From NCBI GenBank assembly GCA_035506195.1, contig DATJPV010000001.1, positions 1 through 60,557 of the forward strand: DNA of 60,557 bases. Reading direction: 5' to 3'. Shown piece after piece: positions 43,018 through 51,775 of this stretch. Made by a program: the position numbers and the translations under genes. The notes below the pieces were generated by a model. That model was not told the DNA's origin. It saw only the letters and a program-made list of their open reading frames with translations, and ran no database searches. How positions within the stretch are numbered: the first letter of the stretch is position 1; each line of letters begins with the position of its first letter. The DNA comes from Patescibacteria group bacterium (GTDB lineage: Bacteria > Omnitrophota > Gorgyraeia > Gygaellales > Profunditerraquicolaceae).

Positions 43018-45089
43018 GGAGATCCTTTCTCTGGCGAGCCTTCGGCTTCCTTGTATTCAAAATCGGCTTCATCGTTAAAACCGCGCGCGCGATATATGTT
43101 GCCGAGCGCTATGTGCGCCTGGCGGTCGTCTGGGGCAAAAAGAAGGCGCTCCTTGTTTTGGATGACCACGCCATCGGCAACGGCGTTGCCGCCAGGCAAC
43201 AGCCCCGGCGGCAAGGCCGTGTTCGGGATAAGCAGCATCGAACAGGCGCCGTGGCCTGGGCAACGGAAGTGATACCGCGATCCCGCAGGCACGAGCGCTT
43301 TTGCGCCGTTGCCAAGAAGCTGATACCGGTATTGATTCGGCTGTAAGACAACAGAGACCGTCCAATCGCCATCTTTTTCCTGCGTGAGCGGATTCGCCTT
43401 CGCATCCCAGTCGTTAAAATCGCCTACCAGCGATAACTGCCGAAGGCCCTGCCCTTTGATTTTATATATGACCTTTGTCCCGGGGAAATAGACATCGCTT
43501 AAGTCTTGGACCTGCCCGTCCCGATACGTAAATACATACCTGTGGGAACTTTTGAGGAAACAGTTATCTACGCCGGCCTCCGAGAAACTGCGGCGAAACC
43601 CGTAGTCCTCCGCGAAGGAATAACCCGCCGCTTTGGATAACTGCCCCTGCTTGCAGGCACCAGGCTCGGTCATTATATATAACGCCGCAGGAAGCGAATA
43701 GCAATGCCTTCGATAATCGATTACCTTGATTTCCACCGGCACGTTTTCGGATTCAAAGTGGAGAAAGAAATTGTCGGCAAACGCCGGCCAGCGTTTTATC
43801 TTGAGGGGAAAATCAAAGGCATACACAACCGCTCTTGATGAACCGGAGGATGCTTTCGATATCACGGCAGTAACTGCGTTATGCACCATCTGGCCGACTT
43901 CGTAGCGTGCCTGCTGCCTGCGGCAGGTGGAAAACAACAGAAGCCCTGCAACCGCCACAGTCGCCGCCAGGCGAAATGCGTTGCGCCGGCGCACCGTAGC
44001 GCACACAGAAGACAGATCGTTGATGATAAGGGCGAACAGGAAACTGGACGCGACTGTCGGTAAATACATATAAAGATCAGAGGCACCCCTGCGACAGTTG
44101 AGCGCAAAAAAAACGGAAAATACCAGTAACCAAGACAGGAGCATGGCATACATCCGGTTCTTGCTGCGCATACGAACAAGCAGCAGGCACGGGAGCAGGC
44201 ACGAAAAAATTATGAGGGAAAAACGCAGCTGATAAAACGTGAGGCTGAAAAATGCCTCGTGGGTCCCCTGGAAGTCGAAGGGGACCATCAGAAATGCCCA
44301 GATAATATTGAAACTTGCTAGCGCAACCCAGGGGGCCCGTAAAATCATCTCGGTCCTGCTCTGTATATTATCGATGTTTAGGTGACGCCACGTAAGGATA
44401 AAAAACAGGACAAATGCTAAGTATATGAGGCTTACTATAAAAAAGGGGGAATCCCGTATGATCACGGAACGTTTTTTTTCGCCGGGCGCCCTCCAAAGCA
44501 TATCGTACACCAATATGATAGCCGGTAAGACCAGCGACGTTGCCCGGGAGAGGATGCTCCCGGTGAAAAAAAGGAAAGAAAGGCCGTAGCATGCAATCCT
44601 GCGGCCGGCTGCTACGCTATTATGGTATTCGATAAAACACAGCAACGACAGCAAGCAGAACATCGTTGACAACAGCTCGCAGGCCATGGTCACCTGCAGG
44701 ACGATCGTAGCGCTCAGATAATGCAGGGCAAATATAAGCCCCGCGGTTAAAGCAGCCCCTTCTTCGCCCGTTAGTTTTTTAAAAAGGCTGAAAACCAGGA
44801 CGACGTTTACCAGGTGCAAAAACACATTAGCCGCTAAATGGTAGGATGCATTATATTGGAATGACGAGAACGTATGCGCAAAATAGAATTTGGTAAACCA
44901 CCTCACCAGCGGGATTGCCGCTCCGATATTCTTGTAATCCAGATCGGCCGCTAAAAAATACTGCCTGTGCAGAAGAAACGGAAGGTAGACAATCGCCGTG
45001 ATGCCGCCCAAGAGCGCTGCCTTACCGAAACGCATTGAGAGGATCTTTTGGGTATTCCACATAGGGCTATCGCGTCTGCGTATCCACAT
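43014..45089 (-). CDS. Polytopic GT-C-like membrane protein fused to a CBM48/AMPK-beta-type carbohydrate-binding module and a terminal TPR-like segment
   Basis: The N-terminal polytopic part carries SYHLAANVFLHLVNVVLVF (compare GYHL-N--LH--NA in the TMTC-like paralogs). The C-terminal part reads VIYKIKGQGLRQLSLVGDFNDWDAKANPLTQEKDGDWTVSVVLQPNQYRYQLLGNG. An alternative start at 45062 would avoid overlap with the 87-aa ORF. Confidence 0.65.
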   Translation of the reverse strand: MWIRRRDSPMWNTQKILSMRFGKAALLGGITAIVYLPFLLHRQYFLAADLDYKNIGAAIPLVRWFTKFYFAHTFSSFQYNASYHLAANVFLHLVNVVLVFSLFKKLTGEEGAALTAGLIFALHYLSATIVLQVTMACELLSTMFCLLSLLCFIEYHNSVAAGRRIACYGLSFLFFTGSILSRATSLVLPAIILVYDMLWRAPGEKKRSVIIRDSPFFIVSLIYLAFVLFFILTWRHLNIDNIQSRTEMILRAPWVALASFNIIWAFLMVPFDFQGTHEAFFSLTFYQLRFSLIIFSCLLPCLLLVRMRSKNRMYAMLLSWLLVFSVFFALNCRRGASDLYMYLPTVASSFLFALIINDLSSVCATVRRRNAFRLAATVAVAGLLLFSTCRRQQARYEVGQMVHNAVTAVISKASSGSSRAVVYAFDFPLKIKRWPAFADNFFLHFESENVPVEIKVIDYRRHCYSLPAALYIMTEPGACKQGQLSKAAGYSFAEDYGFRRSFSEAGVDNCFLKSSHRYVFTYRDGQVQDLSDVYFPGTKVIYKIKGQGLRQLSLVGDFNDWDAKANPLTQEKDGDWTVSVVLQPNQYRYQLLGNGAKALVPAGSRYHFRCPGHGACSMLLIPNTALPPGLLPGGNAVADGVVIQNKERLLFAPDDRQAHIALGNIYRARGFNDEADFEYKEAEGSPEKGSP

Positions 45090-45330
45090 CAGCCTGAATC
45101 ACGATCGTCTTCTGCACAGATAAAGGTAGACTCCCCAAGGCCTGGTGTGCCGTACCATCCTGCGGCGCATGTTTTTTTAAAGTCCAGGCGAATTGCACAT
45201 TACGCGCATATGCATACATAACGATGCCCGTAAGAAGCGCGACCAAAAAAAGGCTGGCCATCGCCTCGGCAACGCCGGGCGTATTCAAAACCTTCCCCCT
45301 GCTTCTTGGGATGATGGGCCGTATGCGCAT
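45067..45330 (-). CDS. Hypothetical small single-pass membrane protein (87 aa)
   Basis: Its ATG shares one base with the asnB stop (TGATG). One TM helix is present (MASLFLVALLTGIVMYAYA). No recognisable family. Confidence 0.4.
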   Translation of the reverse strand: MRIRPIIPRSRGKVLNTPGVAEAMASLFLVALLTGIVMYAYARNVQFAWTLKKHAPQDGTAHQALGSLPLSVQKTIVIQADVDTQTR

Positions 45331-47210
45331 CAGTTACACCAATTCTTATGCCAGGCCTGGAACATGATGTAGGCTCCTATTTTCTTCCGATGATCGCTCT
45401 TGCCGGAGGACTGCTGTGCAAAAATGGTCTTGAGGTACGCAGGGTTGAATAATCCCTGGCGGATTATATATTGCTCGTCGAAAAACGGTTCTATCATCTT
45501 TTTTATCCTTGTACCGCGCAACCACAGCGCAAAAGGGATAGGGAATCCCTTCTTAGGTCTTGCCAGTATCCTGCGGGGCAAAACTGCCGTCATTGCTTGC
45601 CGTAAAAGTTTCTTTCCAAGAAGCTGCGTGTCGTCAAGGCCCCAGAGAAACTCCGCCAGCTGGTGATCCAGGTAGGGAACGCGGCCCTCCAAAGAAGACA
45701 GCATGCTGGCGCTATCTAATTTAACCAGCAGGTCGGCGGCCAGATAACTCATAATATCTACGTATTGGATCTGTTTGAGCAAGGGCAGCGTATGCACTCT
45801 TTCAATGACCTGTTCTAAGAAAACGGCTGGTGTGTCTTCTGAAGGCGCGCCGGCAAGCCCCCCCTGGAACAAGAGCTGTTTCTCTTGTCTGGAAAATGCC
45901 CCCATCCATAACAGGTGCCGTAGGGCAGGATCCCGTTCCGCCAGCCCCCGGCTGAATTGTTTCAATTTAAAATCAAAACTGAAATACTTGTATGAGGGGG
46001 GCAGCGCATGCGCCAAAGAGCCCATTGCCCGCCTGATGCCGCCGGGCAGCGGATTGCAAAAATCGGCATAGCGGTGGGCGGTATATGTTGGATACCCCAT
46101 AAACAGCTCATCCGCCCCTTCACCAGACAGGCAAACCTTTGTCTTGGTCCGGGCAAACCTGGCCAGCATACAGGAAGGGAATATCGACAGGTCGGCCAAC
46201 GGTTCATCCAAAAACCTGGTTACCTCGGAAAAGGTATCTGCGAATGTATCCGCGGTAAATACGTAACTGTGGTGCCTTGTCCCGAAATGCTTTGATACGC
46301 ACAGGGCATATGCAGAATCGTCAAATGTTTTTTCTTCAAAGGCTATGGTAAACGTAGAGATGTCCTGCCGACCGGCCTTTTGCGCCAGCGCCACCAGGGC
46401 GCTGGAATCCAAACCGCCGCTCAAAAAGATACCCATCGGCACTTCGTTTGTAAGATGCTCCTTAACGGCGACGGAAAATCTTTCCCGGAATTCATCCTGC
46501 ACTGCGGCAGCCGAGAGGGTATGTGCGCCGAAGGGGATATCCGCCAGATCCCAATACTTCCTGGTTTCTAAGGCGCCCTGCCGATACAGAAGGTAGTGTC
46601 CGGGTCTTAATTTTTGGATATCGGCGAATATGCTGTAAGGAGCGGGGATATACTCTAAAGAAAAATACATGTCGAGGGCCCGCAGGTCAAGTTGCCGGTT
46701 GACGAAAGGAAGCTGTAACAGCCCTTTTAATTCCGAAGCAAATGCAAACGTACCGTTTTTGTAGTAATAGTGCAGCGGCTTGATGCCGAAGCGGTCCCGT
46801 GCGATAAAAAGGAGTCCTTGCCGTTTGTCCCAGAGCGCAAAAGCAAACATACCCTTGATATGCGCCAGCAAATCGGTACCGTACTCCTCATAGAGATGCG
46901 CCAGGACCTCCGTGTCGGATCGGGTATGCAACAGATGGCCCCGGGCGCGCAGGTCTTTTTGTATGCCCGCAAAATTGTATATCTCTCCGTTAGACACCAC
47001 GACAACGCTTTTGTCCTCGTTATAAAACGGCTGCGAGCCGGCTGACGCATCCACGATACTTAACCGCCGTACCCCCAGCACGGTATGCTCGTCGTCATAG
47101 ATGCCGGATTCATCGGGACCGCGGTGCACCATAACCTCCAGCGCATCATGGATATGGCTGCGCTGCTTCATCGCCGGGTTCAAGCTATGTATACCGCAAA
47201 TACCGCACAT
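45330..47210 (-). CDS. asnB: Asparagine synthase family glutamine-dependent amidotransferase
   Basis: Ntn glutaminase start MCGICGI and the synthetase-domain PP-loop-like GIFLSGGLDSS. Length is 626 aa. Confidence 0.88.
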   Translation of the reverse strand: MCGICGIHSLNPAMKQRSHIHDALEVMVHRGPDESGIYDDEHTVLGVRRLSIVDASAGSQPFYNEDKSVVVVSNGEIYNFAGIQKDLRARGHLLHTRSDTEVLAHLYEEYGTDLLAHIKGMFAFALWDKRQGLLFIARDRFGIKPLHYYYKNGTFAFASELKGLLQLPFVNRQLDLRALDMYFSLEYIPAPYSIFADIQKLRPGHYLLYRQGALETRKYWDLADIPFGAHTLSAAAVQDEFRERFSVAVKEHLTNEVPMGIFLSGGLDSSALVALAQKAGRQDISTFTIAFEEKTFDDSAYALCVSKHFGTRHHSYVFTADTFADTFSEVTRFLDEPLADLSIFPSCMLARFARTKTKVCLSGEGADELFMGYPTYTAHRYADFCNPLPGGIRRAMGSLAHALPPSYKYFSFDFKLKQFSRGLAERDPALRHLLWMGAFSRQEKQLLFQGGLAGAPSEDTPAVFLEQVIERVHTLPLLKQIQYVDIMSYLAADLLVKLDSASMLSSLEGRVPYLDHQLAEFLWGLDDTQLLGKKLLRQAMTAVLPRRILARPKKGFPIPFALWLRGTRIKKMIEPFFDEQYIIRQGLFNPAYLKTIFAQQSSGKSDHRKKIGAYIMFQAWHKNWCN

Positions 47211-47212
47211 GG

Positions 47213-48712
47213 TTATTCTGACTCTTCTAACTTATAAACCCAATAAATCCGCCCGGAAAAAATCCGCCTGTACGTAACCTTGCCGATGTGCTCTTCCTGC
47301 AAGAAAAGGGGGTCAATAAACCTTAAAGACCTGCCTTCGGGGGCATATACGATGTAGGCAAAGCGGCCGTTACCCATCAGGTTCAACAGATGGCTCTTGC
47401 ATTTAGCCAGGCCTTGACCCTTTTTTACGCGGTGGCCAAAAACTTCGATTTCATCGGCTATCTTAAACCGGTGCGCGGCAAGCCCCGTACCGACGATGAT
47501 GTGTTCGGGATACCAGTTCATGTAGTCCGTATCAATCAGGATCTGTTTATCGGCGGCGGTATCCCCCAGAAGGGCGGGGATGTTTTTTATCTCAAGTGGC
47601 AGCGAAAAGGACTGTGCGATGGTATCCTGGTTGGTGATATATTTGACCCCGAACAACACCGCGTATATGCACAATATGCTGATGAACAGGGCTTGGGTGT
47701 GCTGGCTCTTGAAGTCATCAAAGAAATAGAGGAGCCCCACGGCTTCGTAGATGACAAGAAACAGGCCAAAGGTAAGAAAATACTTGGGGTCCCAGGAAAG
47801 GGTCCCTCCTGCAATCTTGATGCTAAAAGCGGTCACAAAGGAAACGAAGATAATATTGAGGACGCGCATCCGCACATCCTTGAGAGAAATCAGAAAGCCC
47901 ACCCCCCCGAATAACAGAAGGGGCAAGGAAAAAACCCGGGTAATTTTTTCGATGACGCACTCAAGACGGCAGCCGCCGAGTTGATTGAGGCGCGAGTAAT
48001 ATGCGTGCCAGGTGTAGGAAAACAGGGGATCGCCGAATTTGAAGATGCATACCAGCATCCAGGCCAGCGGCAACAGAAACGACACTGATGCAAACAGAAA
48101 GAAGGGTTTCTTGTTCTTTCCTGCGACCAGAATTGCGCTCAACAGGATCGCATACAATAGGCCTTCAAACCGGAAACCAAAAGAACAGCTCGTCAGTACC
48201 GCGGAAAGGGCCAGGTACCGCATTGCCTTTGACTCGCACTGGTACCGTAGAAAGAAATACAGCGCATAGAATATAACGCAATAGAACGGCATATCTTCCA
48301 GGGAGAGAGTGCTATAGATAATGTGCAGCGGAGAAACCGCCAACAGCAGCATCGCCAGAAGCGCGCTGTCTTTACCCTTGACGAGCTTGACTATCAGAAA
48401 GAAAGGAACCAGGGTCAACATTCCCAGGAGGACCGCCAACAGGCGGGGGGCGGAAATAATATCATGGCATATGCCAAGCCAGGCGCGCAATACATACGGA
48501 TACAGCGGAGGTATGAAGGGGTCCAGGATCCCGTAATCGGCGGCCTTAAACTGCAGTTGTTGGGCATACACAATCCGCTGGGCAGGCAGCACACCGGAAA
48601 AATTATCGGTCAGAAAAACAAAGGTCAGCCTCAGGAACAAGGCCAGGGCGACAATAAAAAGGAACCCCAACGCGCTGTTATCTTTCGGTTTTATATCCGT
48701 CCCATTCGTCAT
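47213..48712 (-). CDS. PMT_2/ArnT-like GT-C polytopic membrane glycosyltransferase with a C-terminal soluble domain
   Basis: The start is refined to the ATG at 48710-48712 (MTNGTDIKPKDNSALGFLFIVALALFLRL). It contains DPFIPPLYPYVLRAWL (PPLY-type motif) and at least 10 TM segments. Confidence 0.6.
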   Translation of the reverse strand: MTNGTDIKPKDNSALGFLFIVALALFLRLTFVFLTDNFSGVLPAQRIVYAQQLQFKAADYGILDPFIPPLYPYVLRAWLGICHDIISAPRLLAVLLGMLTLVPFFLIVKLVKGKDSALLAMLLLAVSPLHIIYSTLSLEDMPFYCVIFYALYFFLRYQCESKAMRYLALSAVLTSCSFGFRFEGLLYAILLSAILVAGKNKKPFFLFASVSFLLPLAWMLVCIFKFGDPLFSYTWHAYYSRLNQLGGCRLECVIEKITRVFSLPLLLFGGVGFLISLKDVRMRVLNIIFVSFVTAFSIKIAGGTLSWDPKYFLTFGLFLVIYEAVGLLYFFDDFKSQHTQALFISILCIYAVLFGVKYITNQDTIAQSFSLPLEIKNIPALLGDTAADKQILIDTDYMNWYPEHIIVGTGLAAHRFKIADEIEVFGHRVKKGQGLAKCKSHLLNLMGNGRFAYIVYAPEGRSLRFIDPLFLQEEHIGKVTYRRIFSGRIYWVYKLEESE

Positions 48713-50084
48713 TGGCGAACACCTTTCTCCTCTTGCCGGAGCTGACCGATCTTTGCACAAGGTCGCGGAACGTGCCGGACTTCTTGTACACGAACACATA
48801 GTCAGATTCCTCGAGGTATTGGTTTATATCCACCCTCCCCTGCATGACCCCCAGATGATCGTACTCCATTACCTGGTCGATACCTAAGTTGGCATTGAGC
48901 GCGATAAAAGGATGGTATATGCCGCATTCCAGAAGCAGCCTATCCGTCTTACGGGTATGATGCGCCATCCACGATATCATCTCGATCAACGGACCGGAGA
49001 CGGCTATTCTCTTGGAGAAAAACGCAAGGGTCCCGACTGAAAAAGCCGTACAGGCAATAATTACCGCCCATGCAAAAGCTTTGCGATAATGGCCGTACGC
49101 ATAATCGATAGAGACGGCGGCGAGCGGCAGGCATAACAGGCCCAATACCAGGGAGTACCTGCTGATATAATACGCATACGTACCGCCGAGGCTGCGCAAT
49201 TCAAAAATCAGGAAAGTCGGGATGAACAAGAGCAGGAAGAAAAGGCTGCGCGGCCTTTTGCGCATCGATAGAATACCCCCTCCCAGCGCGGCGATGCACA
49301 CGGGCAAGGTGAGCGTTATTCCCAGGACCTTAAAAAACCCCAGCCCTCTACGGAGAAAATTGATACCACGCATCTGTGCCTCGGTGACGGAGGCGGCCGT
49401 CGTCGCGAAAGTCAGGGGGTCGCCGGTTTGGATATAGTTAAGCAGCAGCCACGCTGCCGGGAAAAAAGAGGCCAGGAGAAAAAACAGGCATGCCTGCCGC
49501 AAGGGCTTTCCTCGAAGTAATAACAGCCCCGCAAAAAGCAACGCAAAAAGCCAGCACTCAAACCTTAACATGCCCGCTAAATTCAAGGATATCGCCGAAA
49601 CCACCAGGTAGCCGATCCTGTCTTTTCTTGCGAATGCCTCGCAATAGTATAAGGAAGCAAACAGTAAAAAATACGCCATGGTTTCCGGAAGGCTCACCGA
49701 ACTTAAATGGATGTGCAACGGGTATATGGCCAAGAGAAAGGCGCCAAAGAGGGCAATGCGAGTGCCGAGGGTCCCGCGTATCGTCTCGAAATAAAGCGCG
49801 ATGAAGGCGACTCCAAAGACAAGGCTGACCAGGCGGGACACCAAGACCATCTGTGCCATGCTTAAAAAGGATAAGGCGGAAATAAGCCAAGTATGCAGAG
49901 GGCCGAAATTCAAGTCCGGCACGATACGGCCCGCGTGCAACCAGCGCAGGGCCAAGTTTATTTTCGACCAAGGCTCATCTCCTTCCAGGTCCATATTATA
50001 CGTATTGACGCCAAAATACCAGATGCGCAGCGCCGCCCCCAAAGCAAAAATGCAAATAGCGATGATTAATTGTTTTTTTGACAT
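48678..50084 (-). CDS. PMT_2/ArnT-like GT-C polytopic membrane glycosyltransferase
   Basis: The first loop reads NMDLEGDEPWSKINLALRWL (acidic DE motif), followed by FGPLHTWLISA and at least 10 TM segments. It overlaps the upstream carbamoyltransferase by 19 nt. Confidence 0.65.
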   Translation of the reverse strand: MSKKQLIIAICIFALGAALRIWYFGVNTYNMDLEGDEPWSKINLALRWLHAGRIVPDLNFGPLHTWLISALSFLSMAQMVLVSRLVSLVFGVAFIALYFETIRGTLGTRIALFGAFLLAIYPLHIHLSSVSLPETMAYFLLFASLYYCEAFARKDRIGYLVVSAISLNLAGMLRFECWLFALLFAGLLLLRGKPLRQACLFFLLASFFPAAWLLLNYIQTGDPLTFATTAASVTEAQMRGINFLRRGLGFFKVLGITLTLPVCIAALGGGILSMRKRPRSLFFLLLFIPTFLIFELRSLGGTYAYYISRYSLVLGLLCLPLAAVSIDYAYGHYRKAFAWAVIIACTAFSVGTLAFFSKRIAVSGPLIEMISWMAHHTRKTDRLLLECGIYHPFIALNANLGIDQVMEYDHLGVMQGRVDINQYLEESDYVFVYKKSGTFRDLVQRSVSSGKRRKVFANDEWDGYKTER

Positions 50085-51769
50085 ACTAGAAAATTATTCA
50101 AAACCAGGTAATCCAGGCCGCACTCCAGGAAAGATCGCATGGCGTCACCGGGAGAACACACAATCGGCTCTTCGTGCCGGTTAAAGCTGGTATTAATGAC
50201 GGTCGAGGTGCCCGTGCGTTTTTCATATTCCCGCATGATCGCACACAACCTGGGGTTGTCTTGCGCATGCAGGATCTGCGGCCGGGCCGTCCCGTCGATA
50301 TGAACCGCCCCGGGGCACCTTTCTTTCATTGCCGGAGCGCAATCTACCGCTATGTTCATAAAACGCAAGGTATAGCCGATCTTGTTTATGCCGGTATACA
50401 GGCTTTCGGCTTCCTCGAAAAGGCTCACCGGCGCAAATGGCATAAAACGTTCCCGTGCCAGTTTCCTGTTGAGCCATTCTAAACAGGTAGGGTCATCCGC
50501 GCGATATAAAATTGAGCGGTTGCCCAAGGCGCGCGGCCCATACTCCATCCCTGCGTTAAAATGAGCTACGGTTTTGCCTTGCGCAAGAAGCTCGGCCACG
50601 CGGACGCAAAGGGCCTCTTCTTCCATCAACAGGTGCGTCAGGCCGGCGCCTCCCAGAAGCCGCTGGATATATGCAGTGGCATACGCCGGCCCCCAATATA
50701 TCTGTTTCAGGTAAAACGGGTCCGGCCTAAAGAAAGCGCATACCGCCCCTAACGCAAGCCCGCCATCCCCCATGTGCGGGAAAATATATAGCCTGTCTAC
50801 GTGCCGGCTCTGGCTTATCTTGCGGTTCACGCTCACATTCGCAAACGCGCCCCCGGCTACACAGACATTGCGTATGCCGGTTACCTTGACCCAAAAGTCT
50901 ATAAATGCGGCGATTTGGCTTTCGAAATTGTTTTGAAACGCATAGGCTATATCTTCGCGCGCATATCCGCCGAGCTCCCGGTAAAGCCGATTACTGCGCC
51001 GTTCTTTTAGAAAATGGTTTTTGAGATTAAACGCTCCTCTCTTTTCCACAAAGCGCAGCTGTTTTTCTGCAATCTGCCGTATCCGCGGATGCGGTTTTCC
51101 GTAGCCCGCAAGGCTGGTGATTTTACCTTCATGGGCAAGCGGCCGAAATCCCAGGAATTCCGTTAACCGTGAATAATAGACACTGATGGAACTGAACCCG
51201 TTCTGAGAAAATATCCTGGTAATCGTGTTGTGCCTGCCGATGTTGACGGTGACGCTCAAGGCGTCCCCCATGGCGTCAATGGTAATAATCAATGCGTCGT
51301 CTTGCGCGCCCGAGGTATAATACGCGCTGGAGGCGTGGGCATGGTGATGTTCAATACCGATCACCGGGGCTTTTATGTTCAACTGCCGGAGCCTGCCCCG
51401 GATGATTTTTTCCGAACAGAGCCGTTCCAGAGCTTGAGGGACCTTGAGGGTATGTGCCAGGACCTGATATACGATATACGCATTTAAAAGGTAGCTAAAA
51501 GACGAGCTCTTCCTGCGTAAGGAGTCGTGAGAAGCCTCCCATAGCCGCAACAGGGTTGCAGGCGTCATTTCCGACCCCAGCAAAATGAGGTCGATCTGGT
51601 GGGGCTTGATCCCGGCATCCTCCATGGCCCTTTCGATAGACAGGTGCGGAAAGCCTCCTTTAAGCTTTTGGCGTGCGAGCCTCTCTTCGTTCATGGCCGA
51701 AATAATCCGGCCGTCCCTCCACAGGCATACGCCGCTATCGTGGTTATCGGAAATACCAAGCGCGATCAT
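50066..51769 (-). CDS. Carbamoyltransferase (NodU/CmcH family), second copy
   Basis: MIALGISDNHDSGVCLW, HHHAHASSAYY, GPRALGNRSILYRA, INTSFNRHEEPIV. Length is 567 aa. Confidence 0.9.
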   Translation of the reverse strand: MIALGISDNHDSGVCLWRDGRIISAMNEERLARQKLKGGFPHLSIERAMEDAGIKPHQIDLILLGSEMTPATLLRLWEASHDSLRRKSSSFSYLLNAYIVYQVLAHTLKVPQALERLCSEKIIRGRLRQLNIKAPVIGIEHHHAHASSAYYTSGAQDDALIITIDAMGDALSVTVNIGRHNTITRIFSQNGFSSISVYYSRLTEFLGFRPLAHEGKITSLAGYGKPHPRIRQIAEKQLRFVEKRGAFNLKNHFLKERRSNRLYRELGGYAREDIAYAFQNNFESQIAAFIDFWVKVTGIRNVCVAGGAFANVSVNRKISQSRHVDRLYIFPHMGDGGLALGAVCAFFRPDPFYLKQIYWGPAYATAYIQRLLGGAGLTHLLMEEEALCVRVAELLAQGKTVAHFNAGMEYGPRALGNRSILYRADDPTCLEWLNRKLARERFMPFAPVSLFEEAESLYTGINKIGYTLRFMNIAVDCAPAMKERCPGAVHIDGTARPQILHAQDNPRLCAIMREYEKRTGTSTVINTSFNRHEEPIVCSPGDAMRSFLECGLDYLVLNNFLVCQKNN

Positions 51770-51775
51770 TCCTCT

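Noticed and set aside
45067-47210. AsnB homolog plus adjacent small ORF, considered as a lasso-peptide (cyclase plus precursor) pair.
   Set aside because: The AsnB-like protein keeps the N-terminal glutaminase nucleophile (MCGICG), typical of true amidotransferases. There is no leader peptidase, RRE or ABC exporter. The small ORF is downstream, contains a TM helix and lacks a lasso core pattern. The context is polysaccharide biosynthesis.
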